Below, piece after piece: positions 36,045-47,351 of a stretch of 64,000 nucleotides of DNA (positions are counted from its first letter, which is position 1; each line of letters opens with the position of its first letter). Origin of the DNA: a virus; the IMG/VR virus record IMGVR_UViG_3300037087_000046, positions 18,835 to 82,834 of that record. The stretch is one strand, 5' to 3'. Below the pieces are notes generated by a model. It saw only the letters and a list, made by a program, of their open reading frames with translations. It searched no databases and was not told where the DNA came from. The translations under genes and the position numbers were made by a program.

Positions 36045-37392
36045 TTACTCTCCCCAAATGCGTTGGCATAGGTATCTGGCACGTTGTACAGCAATGTGCT
36101 GGTTGTAAGCATCTCCCAGTTCGACACAGGTAGAAATTAGCCAACCTGCATAATATTCCCTGGTTACAGCCATAGATACTGTAGGAGGATAAAAACAAAA
36201 CCCTAATCTATTAAGGGTATGAATACAATCTTCAATTTCTGAGTAACGCACCTCTCTCATTGGGAGTTTATCCGGGCGTGATACCTTTTGGCTGTATAGA
36301 TTCATCTCACCACCTCTTTCTGATATTGTTTGACAAGTTCCTCAAGCATCTTGATTGCAATGACTAACTCATCTGGGCAGGTTTCCACTTGCGCCATATC
36401 CCATTTACCATTACGGCGATTGTATTGCACATCATCCTGGCTCAGGTAGATGCACCAGTCAGGTGTTTCAAGGATAAAGATGTTTCCGCCTTTGGTTAGG
36501 GATAAACCTTCCCAGTGGCCTTGCTCAAGCAGTTCAGCGATTCGGCGTAGTATCATTTGATTGTATTCCCCCAGTCATCTTCTGTCCGATTTCCATTATA
36601 TGCTTCTACCCGTATCTCTCTGATGGGGATTACTCTAACGCATTTGCCACAACAAGGTACAGTTGTTAGCTTCCTATTACCGTAGGCTTCCACGTTATAC
36701 ACTACGTTGTCAGGTAGTTCAACTTCTTTCCCACAATGGGGGCATGTGATAATCATCGTCTCTTGTCTCCGATACAAAGGGCTGGGATTATGAGGCAAAG
36801 GGCAAAAACAGTTTGCCAGATAAAACACGATACATTAGTGGTTGCTAACATGATTATCTCCCTGGCGTTTGTGACGTTTTATACATGCTTCTACATGTAT
36901 CCGTAGGTTTTCTGGGTCGGTGGCGTATGCTTTAGCCGCCTTGCTGCGAAGGCTTCCCCAGATAACTCTTGCCCTAATCATAGGGTGATATATGTGATTG
37001 AACGCAGAATTTCTTACATTAACATTGGGTGTTAGCATGATTATCTCCCTGGGTGATTCAATACCTTGAAAATGCCCTTCGGAGTCAATCTTCCCCTCAG
37101 ACTGGAATTTTCTGAATAGCCTTGCCATTGCAGCGGCATTATCTAACCGCTTGCTCAGGTCTACTTCTTCGGGTGTTAGCATGATTTAGTTCTCCTTTAG
37201 GATTGCCCCCAGATAGTGCATTATAGACCACTGGCGGACGTTGTTAGTTGTATAGATTGCTGATAATTCAAACAAAAGGTTCCCAGCGTCTTCTTTTAGG
37301 GCAAATTCAAGCATTGATTGAACAATAGCGTCTTGCCGGAACGCTTCTGGGAATCTATCATAAAAGCCTTTCCAAAGCAAGGAAAAAAACAT
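36045..37392 (-). CDS. Cluster of small early hypothetical genes (36045-36305, 36302-36556, 36553-36756, 36835-37182, 37186-37392)
   Basis: Co-oriented, RBS-preceded, tightly packed ORFs. Confidence 0.55.
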
Positions 37393-37602
37393 TAGTCAAA
37401 ATCCCCCATTTCTCTGCACAGTGATTCAAACTCCTGTTGCTCGGCCTCATATTCCTGGTCTTCTGTTTCCATTGTGTCAAAGTCTTTGTCCATTTTTTAT
37501 TTCCTTTCGATTTTATTTGTCAGGGGGAGACAAACATTGACTCCCCCTGTTGCCCCACGCCTGAGAACGTGGCGGCAAACTAAAACTTTTGTAACTGTCT
37601 GG

Positions 37603-38316
<714 letters not shown>

Positions 38317-38371
38317 TTCCTACCTCTCTCCCGCTTGTGCGGCCTCCGATGTGGTTCCTCTTGTGGTGTAG

Positions 38372-38608
38372 GTGTACGTTTTGGTACACTCTATAAAGTG
38401 TGTCATAATGATACACTTTTAATGACGACTTGCTGTGTCGTTATTCCTAAGTCCAGCAAATTCAATTTTTTTAAAGATTCTGTGCATGATCATTCAAAGA
38501 TTGCATTTTGCAAGGTCGTCAAATATTTGACACATGATTAGTCAAAATATTGACACAGATGTTCCAAAACGAACACCGAAAGAACCATAAGACAAGAATC
38601 GTGCCAAG
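38372..38608. promoter_or_regulatory. Cluster of GTGTC-N8-GACAC-like palindromes, an IHF-like site and an imperfect sigma54 box
   Basis: GTGTA-N8-TACAC, GTGTC-N7-TACAC, TCGTC-N8-GACAC, TAGTC-N8-GACAC, ATGTT-N8-AACAC; TTGGCACGATTCTTGT on the minus strand at 38592-38607. Confidence 0.55.
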
Positions 38609-38845
38609 ATTATACGGTTAAAACCATCCTTCCCAGAAGAAGATGCACACCCCGGCGATAAAGAAAAGGAGACCATAGAACAGATAATCAAATCGTTTAA
38701 CGCCATTGATAAGAAAAAGGATAATCGCGATGATAAAAAACGGTGTAGAAATCATTTTACCACCTCCCAAGGGCAATCATAAATGCCACAAAAACATCAG
38801 GATGAAAAGCAAATTCGGGTCGTTCGAGAAGCAATTGTTCGGGTT

Positions 38846-40907
38846 TCATAGTAATTCGCTCGCATATCCGTTGAAGTATTCCCCACGAATCACAGAACGC
38901 AGTTCTGAGAAAGAACCAAAATTAAATTCTGACTGGTGTTCCCGGATATACTCAATGCGTTCGGGTGGAGTAAAGCAATCCCTCCAAACATCGTTGGCCG
39001 CTTCACATTCCATCTCGCTGAATTTGTCTGCATCCAGAATTGGATAATCGGAAAGGGACTTTTCGATTTTGCACGCGATAATAAACTCTTCTGTGTCCAG
39101 GCGCACATATATTTCTTCAATCCATCCGCACGCCCAATGATCGTACCGTTCTACCCGGACGTTTTCGGATTCTCCTCCAAGCATTTCGAGTGCAACCTGG
39201 AAGTTGCATTCTTCCCAAATTTCAGAGTCACGGGAGCGTCCGGCAACCCCATACCAGTCTTGGTATTCGCTATCGTCTCCGGCAAAATTTGTGCAACCTG
39301 CCATTTGTTCTTTTCGTGTTTTCATGGTATCAGTCCTTTTTTCATCCAGAAAGTTTTTCCACAACTTGCACAACAAACTACATCGGAGTCAAGATGTAAT
39401 TCTGCCCCACACTCGCCTCTTGCTTCCGCCTCCTTGCGGATTTCATCGAGTATGATTCTACAAAGTGAATCTCTTTTTTTATCATTCAAACCGGACAATT
39501 TATGTCCTTTGCTCTTGATAAGTTTGTCACGCTCTTCGGTTGAGTAAGAGGGAACAAATTCCGGCTTTTCATTTCCCATATAGCGATAATGACCAAGTCC
39601 ACCAAGGGCGTGATATTTTTCGTTCCATAGAAAACAGAGAACTCTGTTAGTTGTATCACCTGAATCTTCGCGCTTCCGCCTCTTCAATGGGATAATCATA
39701 ATCCGGCTTGCGGATAGGCGGTTTTCGGTAGGGTTTAGAAAGTTTCTTTAGCAGTGCTTCAGAAGGCACGCCAAAGACTTTATAAACCCCGTTAGGGGTT
39801 GTGATATTCATTTCACAACCTCCAAGTCAGTATAGCCAATTTTTACAAGTTCATCCAGCAGGTCCTGATACTCCGGGGGTGTAGCGCGTCTAAGCCGAAG
39901 ATTTTTTGAGCATGCGCCATGCTGAACGTCGCCCTCTGGAAATTTGCGGAATTTAACACGCTGCAATCGTTTCCAGTTATCCATCCAATTAGGTGGATTG
40001 ATATGTTTTTCGATTCGTCGATACATGCGGAGTGCCTCTTTAAGCGGAGATTGCCCATTGAATATCAAGAGGGCTGATTGTGGTTTTCCAAGTTCCGTAT
40101 TTAAAACTCCTGTATGATGATTCCGCGTTCGTCGGTTGTGAATGTTACTTTCATACCATCTTCCCCTCTAGGGTAAATTCATACCCATTCGCTTCGATTG
40201 TTTCAATGATACATTCCCGGCTTGTCAGATATTCATATTCCCGGCGCAAGATTGAAAGATACTGTTTCCCAAGATCATGGATAAGCCCATAGTTAAGGTC
40301 TTCGATTTTCTCTTCGATTTCCTCTTGACAAACTCTTAAACATTTCCGATAACCGCGATGATAATCAATATTTTCAACCCGCGCCAGTTTATCAAGATGG
40401 GGTTGTATTTTGTCAAGAAATACTTTGGCCAGTTTGTAGGTATCACACTCCATTCCATGTTCTTCAAGTATTTTTTTAGCCGTTCCGTAGGGATAATCAC
40501 AATTCAGACTAATGGTTCCACGAAATGTGTTAAACTCCGTGATTTTAACGCCGACACGTTCCGCGTCCTCGTAAACGTATTGCCACCAGTCATAATCGGC
40601 GTTATCCCATTTTTCAATGATTTTATCCTGAACTTTTTCCGATAATTCGTTGAACTGGTAAACCCTCGTTGTTATTTCTCTCATGTTAGAGTACCTCATC
40701 AAAAAACGATTGTGGTTTTGTGCCGCATTCCCGCCCATCAAGCCACTTGTTAATATGGCGGGTGGTTGTTACGCTCCATTTGTGTTCCGTGCGGTAGCAA
40801 GTGTCATCATTCATACAGATTGCAACAGGTGTTTGATAAGATACGAACACGGTCCCAAGTTTTGTAACAACTTCTGTTTGATTTGCTGCAAGTAGTTTAA
40901 TTTTCAT
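38846..40907 (-). CDS. Early gene cluster (38846-39325, 39322-39699, 39808-40068, 40151-40685, 40686-40907)
   Basis: Co-oriented ORFs with motifs common in phage early proteins (HWACGWIE; SYQTPVA...WSVTTTRHINKW; IEANGYEF). Confidence 0.6.
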
Positions 40908-41035
40908 GGTTTAAAACCCTTTCATAAGTTTTTGTGCATCCAAGATGTTTTGCCTCATACCATAAAACCTTTGTTTCATAATGTTCTCCTTTATACTATT
41001 CGGTATTGTCCAGCATCATTCATTTCTGCGATGCC

Positions 41036-41064
41036 ATAATGCACCATGCGCAATACATTGTCAA
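41036..41064 (-). promoter_or_regulatory. sigma70-type early promoter
   Basis: TTGACA-17-CATTAT with TG extension; AAGGAG RBS downstream. Confidence 0.6.
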
Positions 41065-41093
41065 GCATTATTTTATCAAATGTTATCCACATA

Positions 41094-41270
41094 TTAGTTA
41101 CTCCCTAAGAGTTTTACCGCTATCCTCATGGCGCGGTTTTCATACGCCTTAATATCCGCTATACGCCGTATTGCTAATGGCATCTCTGCCATTGCTTCAG
41201 GCATGCCTTGGAGCATGCGCAACACCATACATCTGTTCTTAATATCATGCGCAATTTTGAGTCTGGACAT
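41094..41270 (-). CDS. Small hypothetical protein downstream of the sigma54 box
   Basis: AAAGGA RBS then MSRLKIAHDIKNRC. Confidence 0.55.
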   Translation of the reverse strand: MSRLKIAHDIKNRCMVLRMLQGMPEAMAEMPLAIRRIADIKAYENRAMRIAVKLLGSN

Positions 41271-41319
41271 TTTGTGGGTTCCTTTCGTGTCCTTCCCCCG
41301 CACCCCGCACCCACTACTA

Positions 41320-41337
41320 AGCAAGTGGCGTGCCAAG
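41320..41337 (-). promoter_or_regulatory. sigma54 (-24/-12) promoter
   Basis: CTTGGCACGCCACTTGCT is an exact match to TGGCACG-N4-TTGC. Confidence 0.75.
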
Positions 41338-41362
41338 TTCTAAACAAAGTTAAGTGCAACAA

Positions 41363-41375
41363 AATCAATGCTTTA
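41363..41375 (+). promoter_or_regulatory. IHF binding site
   Basis: AATCAATGCTTTA = WATCAA-N4-TTR. Confidence 0.6.
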
Positions 41376-41397
41376 CGTAAAATAGAAAAACCGCATT

Positions 41398-41512
41398 GTG
41401 TCCAAAGAAAAAGACACTGTGCGGCAAGGAAAACGTAGAACGTTGAAGTTGTTGTACTTAGGTGTGTCTAAAAATAAAGACACAAAATGCGTTATTCCAA
41501 AAGTTTGGACAC
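41398..41512. promoter_or_regulatory. Three GTGTC-N10-GACAC palindromes (enhancer-like)
   Basis: 41398-41417, 41464-41483, 41493-41512 (last is TATTC-N10-GACAC); A/T-rich spacers. Confidence 0.6.
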
Positions 41513-41533
41513 ATTACAGGGCTTGCGCTACAA

Positions 41534-41613
41534 TGGCACGCTGGCACGCTGGCACGCTGGCACGCTGGCACGCTGGCACGCTGGCACGCTGGCACGCTGG
41601 CACGCTGGCACGC
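41534..41613 (+). repeat. Tandem repeat (TGGCACGC)x10
   Basis: Ten perfect 8-bp units. Confidence 0.97.
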
Positions 41614-41725
41614 TGGCGCAATAAAACATTCATTGTTAGCATACTAATACGTCTTTTGTCATTATACTTACTGTTTTTGTTTTCACAAGGGGGTGGGAGG
41701 GTTATTTTTGCTTACCAATTGGGTT

Positions 41726-41742
41726 TTGGCACGGGAAATGCT
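41726..41742 (+). promoter_or_regulatory. Second, divergent sigma54-like box
   Basis: TTGGCACGGGAAATGCT with correct GG-N10-GC spacing. Confidence 0.55.
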
Positions 41743-41796
41743 CCTACACCCTATTTGCGGATAGCCGGAATTTTTTAAATGGCAATAACTAAATGG

Positions 41797-41979
41797 TTAG
41801 CGTGGAATCTCCATCCAGTGTGTTACACCTTTAATCACTAAGGACTCTTCAAAGTCGGGGTGGATTAAATAAAAATAGTCCTCTTCTGAATATGCCCCAA
41901 CATAATACCATGCCCCACACTTCAGTAGGACATCATCCCCTATGAAGGGTAAAACATCATTTACGCTAATCCAGTTCAT
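41797..41979 (-). CDS. DUF551-family protein
   Basis: MNWISVNDVLP...VTHWMEIP. Confidence 0.8.
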   Translation of the reverse strand: MNWISVNDVLPFIGDDVLLKCGAWYYVGAYSEEDYFYLIHPDFEESLVIKGVTHWMEIPR

Positions 41980-42070
41980 AGTTTTTCTTTCAGTGTCTTG
42001 TTAATGGCACAGAGTGTATTATTTATTAGCCAAAGGGAAACAACAATACAGCATAGTTGGAACTCAATCA

Positions 42071-42250
42071 TCATTTAGGCTCCTTCGGCATGGGAAACCA
42101 GTATTCTACTTCAACGTCTGAACCATATTCAGTTTCTTCCCAGTATTCACCATTCCATTTACCATAACACGCTTCCCCTGATTCAGTACTGATGATAACC
42201 TGTTTACCAATAGCGGGTTGTTTTTCTTGTGCATCAATCCAAGTGTTCAT
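42071..42250 (-). CDS. DUF551-family protein (not in ORF track)
   Basis: MNTWIDAQEKQP...VEYWFPMPKEP. Confidence 0.7.
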   Translation of the reverse strand: MNTWIDAQEKQPAIGKQVIISTESGEACYGKWNGEYWEETEYGSDVEVEYWFPMPKEPK

Positions 42251-43312
42251 CTCGAATAACTAACCCAACAAACACACAGGTTTTCAGTTTTATACCAAGG
42301 CAGGTCAACGTTATTATTTTTGCACCATTCTCTCATCCCCCCGTTCTGCCAATCCAGTTCTTCATCAAACCAAGAGCACTCAAGAAACCACGGGCGACGA
42401 ACCCTGAGCCATTCTTTCACATCCCGTATTGTACCCTTAAAAGATTCCCCGATGTATGATTTTTGAAGCACGGGGTAGTCAACGTCACTTATTTGTACAC
42501 AAACCACGGTACATTCACCATTACTATTGCCCCAAAACAGCATTCTGTTCATCTCGAAGCCTTTCATATTCCTGTCCAAGTGGGGTCAGAACTTTACGTG
42601 GTGTAGCCTTACCATAATCATAAATCAGAACGTGGTCATCACAATCATGTACGGCCTTGTAATATGTTACGTTATGCTTATAAGGTGTACAACCAAAATA
42701 GAATAGAAAAAGTATGCATGTAAAATAACTAATAACAACAAAAACCTTAAATATCAAGCGGTGTAATCTCCATCCAGTTGTTTTAGTACCGATTCATGTT
42801 TCTATGACTAAATGTCCAAGTTGTTCCCTCTGTAACAACAATCTGTCGGATTGCCCCACATATACCCGGCTTTTTCATAATACACTGTCGGGAACGCGTC
42901 TCGGTGTTTACAGGTCATTTAAAGCTTCTTTCTTATTAGTCCCCTGCACAGTGCCAAGAACCAACTCAATAGCAATTTTCTCTGCTACAATGGTGATGCA
43001 CCGTTCAATTATATCAGACATAATTTTACCTGACATGTGCAGACCCACCAAATCATGGTCAGTGATTTCAACCACATGGTCTTTCCCATTGAAAGTAAAC
43101 TTATACACCAAAGACATGTAAAAATCTTTATGGTATTCATAAAGATTACCCAAAATCAGGTCTGGAGTATAAGCAGTCAACACAAGATTCCGCATTATTT
43201 TGTCTTTTAGGGAATCTAACTCATTCAAACTGGACGAAGTGTTAGGGGTATGGATGTCTACCTTTTGTGGATAATTTGGTGCAGTGTGTACGTTATAGAA
43301 GTTATTAAACAT
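42247..43312 (-). CDS. Small hypothetical genes (42247-42552, 42524-42757, 42908-43312)
   Basis: Co-oriented ORFs downstream of the promoter at 43371. Confidence 0.5.
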
Positions 43313-43338
43313 GTCTTGTCCTTTCGCAAACTACGAGA

Positions 43339-43371
43339 TAGACTATAGCACGCTACAATCTAATTTGTCAA
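43339..43371 (-). promoter_or_regulatory. sigma70-type hairpin promoter
   Basis: TTGACA-18-TATAGT; TAGATTGTAGC-GT-GCTATAGTCTA pairs with two G.T wobbles. Confidence 0.75.
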
Positions 43372-43382
43372 GTCCAATTTTG

Positions 43383-43639
43383 CCCTAATTTCTCACTGAT
43401 TTTGGGTAACAGGATTTTACCTGAAAAGTAACCCAAATCCTGATCGTTTTTTGGATGAGTCAGTGCCAAAAAGTAAAACGATCAGTAAAACGATCAGTGA
43501 TTTTGCTAAGAAAAAGTCCATTCCTGATCAAATTACTGATTTAAGATCATTTTTAGCATTCTAGCCCACTAGAAAAATATGTGTTATATATATGAAAATG
43601 TAGAGTAGGGATTTTTGGGCAAAATCAGTGAATTGCGTC
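43383..43639. repeat. Long inverted repeat copy 2 (partner 5001-5257)
   Basis: See copy 1. Confidence 0.95.
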
Positions 43640-43800
43640 TTAAATTTTATAGTCTATCCAACGAGTTGGATAGACTATATCCTTATGCCATCAGCAATGC
43701 CCTTTCCAGACGTTTGTAGCCACTTTAAGTCAATATGCGTGTGTATGGGCGTACAGAGCCAATAAGACCCTGAAAAGGGTCTTATCACAACCTTTTACTT

Positions 43801-43866
43801 TTTCGTCGAAAAATATAAATTCATGCCTACTTTCGTTTTAGCGTGTTTTTTGTATTACTATATATG
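43801..43866 (+). promoter_or_regulatory. Putative late promoter copy 1
   Basis: 66-bp ungapped match to 48294-48359 (56/66) ending TTGTATTACTATATATG; precedes the packaging genes. Confidence 0.65.
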
Positions 43867-43920
43867 AAACTCTTCAACCAGAAGAGTTGCCCCAGAGGGG
43901 GACTACGCCGGATGGCATAT

Positions 43921-43957
43921 GGCACACCCGCCTATTAATAGGCGGGTGTGCCTTTTT
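43921..43957 (+). terminator. Strong hairpin plus T tract before the first late gene
   Basis: GGCACACCCGCCTAT-TA-ATAGGCGGGTGTGCC-TTTTT. Confidence 0.7.
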
Positions 43958-43970
43958 ATGAAAGACACCC

Positions 43971-44534
43971 ATGAAACGGATTTTCAACCCCAAGACAAAC
44001 CAATATGAGTGGGTTCAGGACACTGAACTAAGGCGGGTAACAGACCCTGAAGACCCTCGGCGCTGTCAAGGCTCTTTCAAGAATGGGCAGTGCCCTCATG
44101 TGGCAGTAGAGGGTAGCAAGTATTGTCGGATGCACGGCGGGTGGCGAGCAGCGGTTGCCAAGGAGAAGTCGGATATGGCGGAATACCTGAAGGGCAGATG
44201 GGCGGAAGAAATAAAAACGCTATCAGAGAATGATGGTGTATACAGTTTAAAGCAGAACATTGGGGTATTGACCCTATTGATTGAGAAGATTATGGGGGAT
44301 TGCAATAGCAATGCGGACTTGATTGCTCGCAATGCCTCTATCAGCGATTTGGTTGTGAAGTGTGACAAATTGGTAACGAGTTGTAGTAAATTGCAGAAGG
44401 ACTTGGGAGAGCATCTTGACCGTGGCACAGTTATGAGAATGGCTGATGCTTGTATTGCGGTTATTGGGAAGTACATTACAGACCCTGAAGAAATTGAATC
44501 TGCATCCAATGAGATTTTGGAGTCAATAAAATAA
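43971..44534 (+). CDS. Putative terminase small subunit
   Basis: C..C..CRMHGG Zn motif plus a helical region; first gene of the late operon. Confidence 0.55.
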   Translation: MKRIFNPKTNQYEWVQDTELRRVTDPEDPRRCQGSFKNGQCPHVAVEGSKYCRMHGGWRAAVAKEKSDMAEYLKGRWAEEIKTLSENDGVYSLKQNIGVLTLLIEKIMGDCNSNADLIARNASISDLVVKCDKLVTSCSKLQKDLGEHLDRGTVMRMADACIAVIGKYITDPEEIESASNEILESIK

Positions 44535-44896
44535 TGACAGCAGCCGCATGGGAATTGGTTATAGAGCAGGGGGTAACTTTTACAGACACCCTTACATTTT
44601 GGCAGGACGAAGCCCATACAGTCCCATTTGACATATCAGACTATGATTTTACTGGTTCGGCTCGTTCTGCCGCAACTGCTTATGAGAAATGGGTAGACTT
44701 TGACTATACAAAGACAAATTCAAACACACTTGTAATGTCAGTCATTATCCCGTTTGATGCAGAATATGTAACTGGTAAACGGTTTGACACCTATACGGTA
44801 GGTGTTTGGGACACTATTATGTCCAAATCCGGTGAAATAGTACGAGTTTTTAATGGGACATTGAAGATTAGTCCGGGAGTAACCCGCAGTGTTTAA
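44534..44896 (+). CDS. Virion beta-sandwich protein (BppU/LtfC-like)
   Basis: IEQGVTF...PFDISDY...G.L.ISPGVT. Confidence 0.6.
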   Translation: MTAAAWELVIEQGVTFTDTLTFWQDEAHTVPFDISDYDFTGSARSAATAYEKWVDFDYTKTNSNTLVMSVIIPFDAEYVTGKRFDTYTVGVWDTIMSKSGEIVRVFNGTLKISPGVTRSV

Positions 44897-47351
44897 TATT
44901 ACTGAAACTCCTGGTACAACCATTTATGTAAACAGTGACTCCGCTGGAGACCTTAAACTTGTTCAGGTAGCCTTGGGAAGTTCTGGTACGGATTTGCCCT
45001 CTCAATCTGGTAACAGTGGTAAGGTGCTTGGGACGGATGGTGCAGACCTTTCTTGGGTAGACCCAAGTGGACTACCGGAACAATCTGGTAATGCTGGTAA
45101 GGTACTTGGAACGGATGGGTCAGATTTATCATGGGTAGCCCAAACGGGGGGTGGTAGCAGTTTACCATCTACAAGTGGTCATAGCAATGAGATTTTGTCT
45201 AATGACGGGGCTGATTTAGATTGGCGCGGAATAGATAGTTTTCTTCCAGACCAGAGTGGACACAGTAATGAGGTATTGATTACTGTTGGTGGTGTATTGT
45301 CATGGGTGCCTATTGATGCACTTCCTGAGCAGAGTGGTAAGAATGGTTATTATCTGACCACGGATGGAGCAGACCCCTATTGGGCACCAATAGATACTTT
45401 ACCGAGTCAATCCGGGAATAGTGGTAAGGTTCTATCTACTAATGGTAGCACTCCTTCTTGGATAGCATCACCAACCATTGATTCGTTACTACCCGCACAA
45501 TCCGCCAAAAGTGGCGAATTCCTTACCACAAACGGGGTTAATTCGTCATGGGCGGCGATTCCAACGGAGTTACCTGCACAGTCTGGTAACAGCGGGAAGA
45601 AACTTACAACTAACGGTAGCACCCCTTCTTGGGCTACTGATAACCTTGATAGTCTCTCAGATGTTAATATAACTACCCCTGCTTCTACCCAAATACTTTC
45701 CTATAATGGTAGTGCGTGGGTAAATTCAGCAGCACCAAGTAGTTTGCCTACACAATCTGGAAACAGCGGGAAGTTACTTTCTACTAATGGGGCTACCCCT
45801 TCGTGGGTGGCTGCACCAACAGAGTTGCCCACACAATCCGGGAACAGTGGTAAGATTCTTACAACTAATGGTTCTACGCCTGCTTGGGAAGTAGTTCCTA
45901 CTGAACTCCCAGCCCAATCTGGTAATAGTGGAAAGAAACTCACTACTAATGGTAGTAGCCCCTCTTGGGCTACGGACAATCTTGATAGCTTGTCTGATGT
46001 AACGATTACAACTCCCAGTAGCACACAAGTTTTGACTTATAATGGGAGTGCGTGGGTGAATGGTAGTAATCTTCCTGCACAATCAGGTAATAGCGGAAAA
46101 ACATTAACGACTAATGGTAGCAGTGCTTCGTGGATACAATTTCCCACCGAGTTACCAAGCCAATCAGGAAACAGTGGGAAGAAACTAACTACTAATGGAA
46201 GTACACCCTCATGGGTTACTGATAACCTCGATAGTTTATCAGATGTTACTATCACTACCCCTGCTTCCACCCAGATACTCTCTTACAACGGAAGTGCTTG
46301 GGTAAATAGTGCAGCACCAATTGAACTACCAGCGCAATCAGGGAACAGTGGTAAAGCGTTAACCACTAATGGGAGTGCTGCTTCTTGGACTACATTCCCA
46401 ATTGAACTACCATCTCAATCAGGTAAGGCGAATAATTTCCTAACTACCAATGGGTCTTCCCCTTCATGGGCAATGCCATCTGGATGGACAGCCTATACAG
46501 CAACAAATGCTGCATTACCTGTTGGTGGGACTTTAACAGTAACACACCCCGCAGATTCCACATTAAAAAGGGTTGTACAGGGTATGGTGATGTCTATTGC
46601 TTCTACTCCTACTAACTGGTGGAGACTTGAGGAAGCCAGTGGGACAATAGCATATCCATCGGCAGGTGCATTAAATATGGCAGCACCAGCCAGTATGACC
46701 AAGGGGTCTACAGGGCAGTTTGGTTATGCGATGACTATCAATAATGGGGCAGGTGCTAACTTAAGTGCAGTTAAATCATATGCCTCATTGACAGCCTTTA
46801 CCATTGATTTTTGGTTAAAATCCCCTGCATCTTTTTCAGATGTTCGCCCTATTTTTTCTGTAGCAGCAACTACCTCTTCAACAACCCCATTTGTAGCAAT
46901 GCGCACTGACGGAACGGGTGGCAATACAAAAATGTATTTTGGTGGGGGCTGGAATGTGGCAGGCCCAGTGTTGGTTGCTTCAACATTGCAACACATTACT
47001 GTCACTTGGGATGGTGCAACTCTTAAAACTTATCTTGGTGGAGTAATAGCAACTACCTATGCTTCGGGGGGTTCTAACCAATCTACCGGAACTAACTTGT
47101 TTTTTGGATATAGCATAAACCAAGCCACATTAGCGTGGGTGTTTGACAATATCATGTTGTTTGACGATGTTGCTTTACCAGTAGAGGCAATCAGTTCAAC
47201 GGAAACCTATTCCTACGGGGGTTCTTGGCAACCAATCCAGTTAGGAACAGCGTCAGGGCAGATTACAGTATCTTACGCGAGTGATACGACCACTGTCTTC
47301 ACCAGTAACTTAGTGACAACCCAAAATGTAAACGTGGAGGTTTTGCTATGA
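44889..47351 (+). CDS. Fibre protein with LPxQSGNSGKxLTTNGS repeats and a LamG/concanavalin domain
   Basis: About 18 repeats; WRLEEASG, FTIDFW, HITVTWDG. Confidence 0.8.
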   Translation: MFNITETPGTTIYVNSDSAGDLKLVQVALGSSGTDLPSQSGNSGKVLGTDGADLSWVDPSGLPEQSGNAGKVLGTDGSDLSWVAQTGGGSSLPSTSGHSNEILSNDGADLDWRGIDSFLPDQSGHSNEVLITVGGVLSWVPIDALPEQSGKNGYYLTTDGADPYWAPIDTLPSQSGNSGKVLSTNGSTPSWIASPTIDSLLPAQSAKSGEFLTTNGVNSSWAAIPTELPAQSGNSGKKLTTNGSTPSWATDNLDSLSDVNITTPASTQILSYNGSAWVNSAAPSSLPTQSGNSGKLLSTNGATPSWVAAPTELPTQSGNSGKILTTNGSTPAWEVVPTELPAQSGNSGKKLTTNGSSPSWATDNLDSLSDVTITTPSSTQVLTYNGSAWVNGSNLPAQSGNSGKTLTTNGSSASWIQFPTELPSQSGNSGKKLTTNGSTPSWVTDNLDSLSDVTITTPASTQILSYNGSAWVNSAAPIELPAQSGNSGKALTTNGSAASWTTFPIELPSQSGKANNFLTTNGSSPSWAMPSGWTAYTATNAALPVGGTLTVTHPADSTLKRVVQGMVMSIASTPTNWWRLEEASGTIAYPSAGALNMAAPASMTKGSTGQFGYAMTINNGAGANLSAVKSYASLTAFTIDFWLKSPASFSDVRPIFSVAATTSSTTPFVAMRTDGTGGNTKMYFGGGWNVAGPVLVASTLQHITVTWDGATLKTYLGGVIATTYASGGSNQSTGTNLFFGYSINQATLAWVFDNIMLFDDVALPVEAISSTETYSYGGSWQPIQLGTASGQITVSYASDTTTVFTSNLVTTQNVNVEVLL

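Noticed and set aside
41083-41091. DnaA box TTATCCACA
   Set aside because: Single copy here (another lies inside a CDS near 3445); compatible with chance
41398-41778. ORFs with WHAGTLAR repeats
   Set aside because: Translation of the 8-bp tandem repeat in a regulatory region
44889-47351. Diversity-generating retroelement
   Set aside because: Repeats are intragenic with synonymous divergence; no reverse transcriptase or adenine-specific TR/VR pair seen
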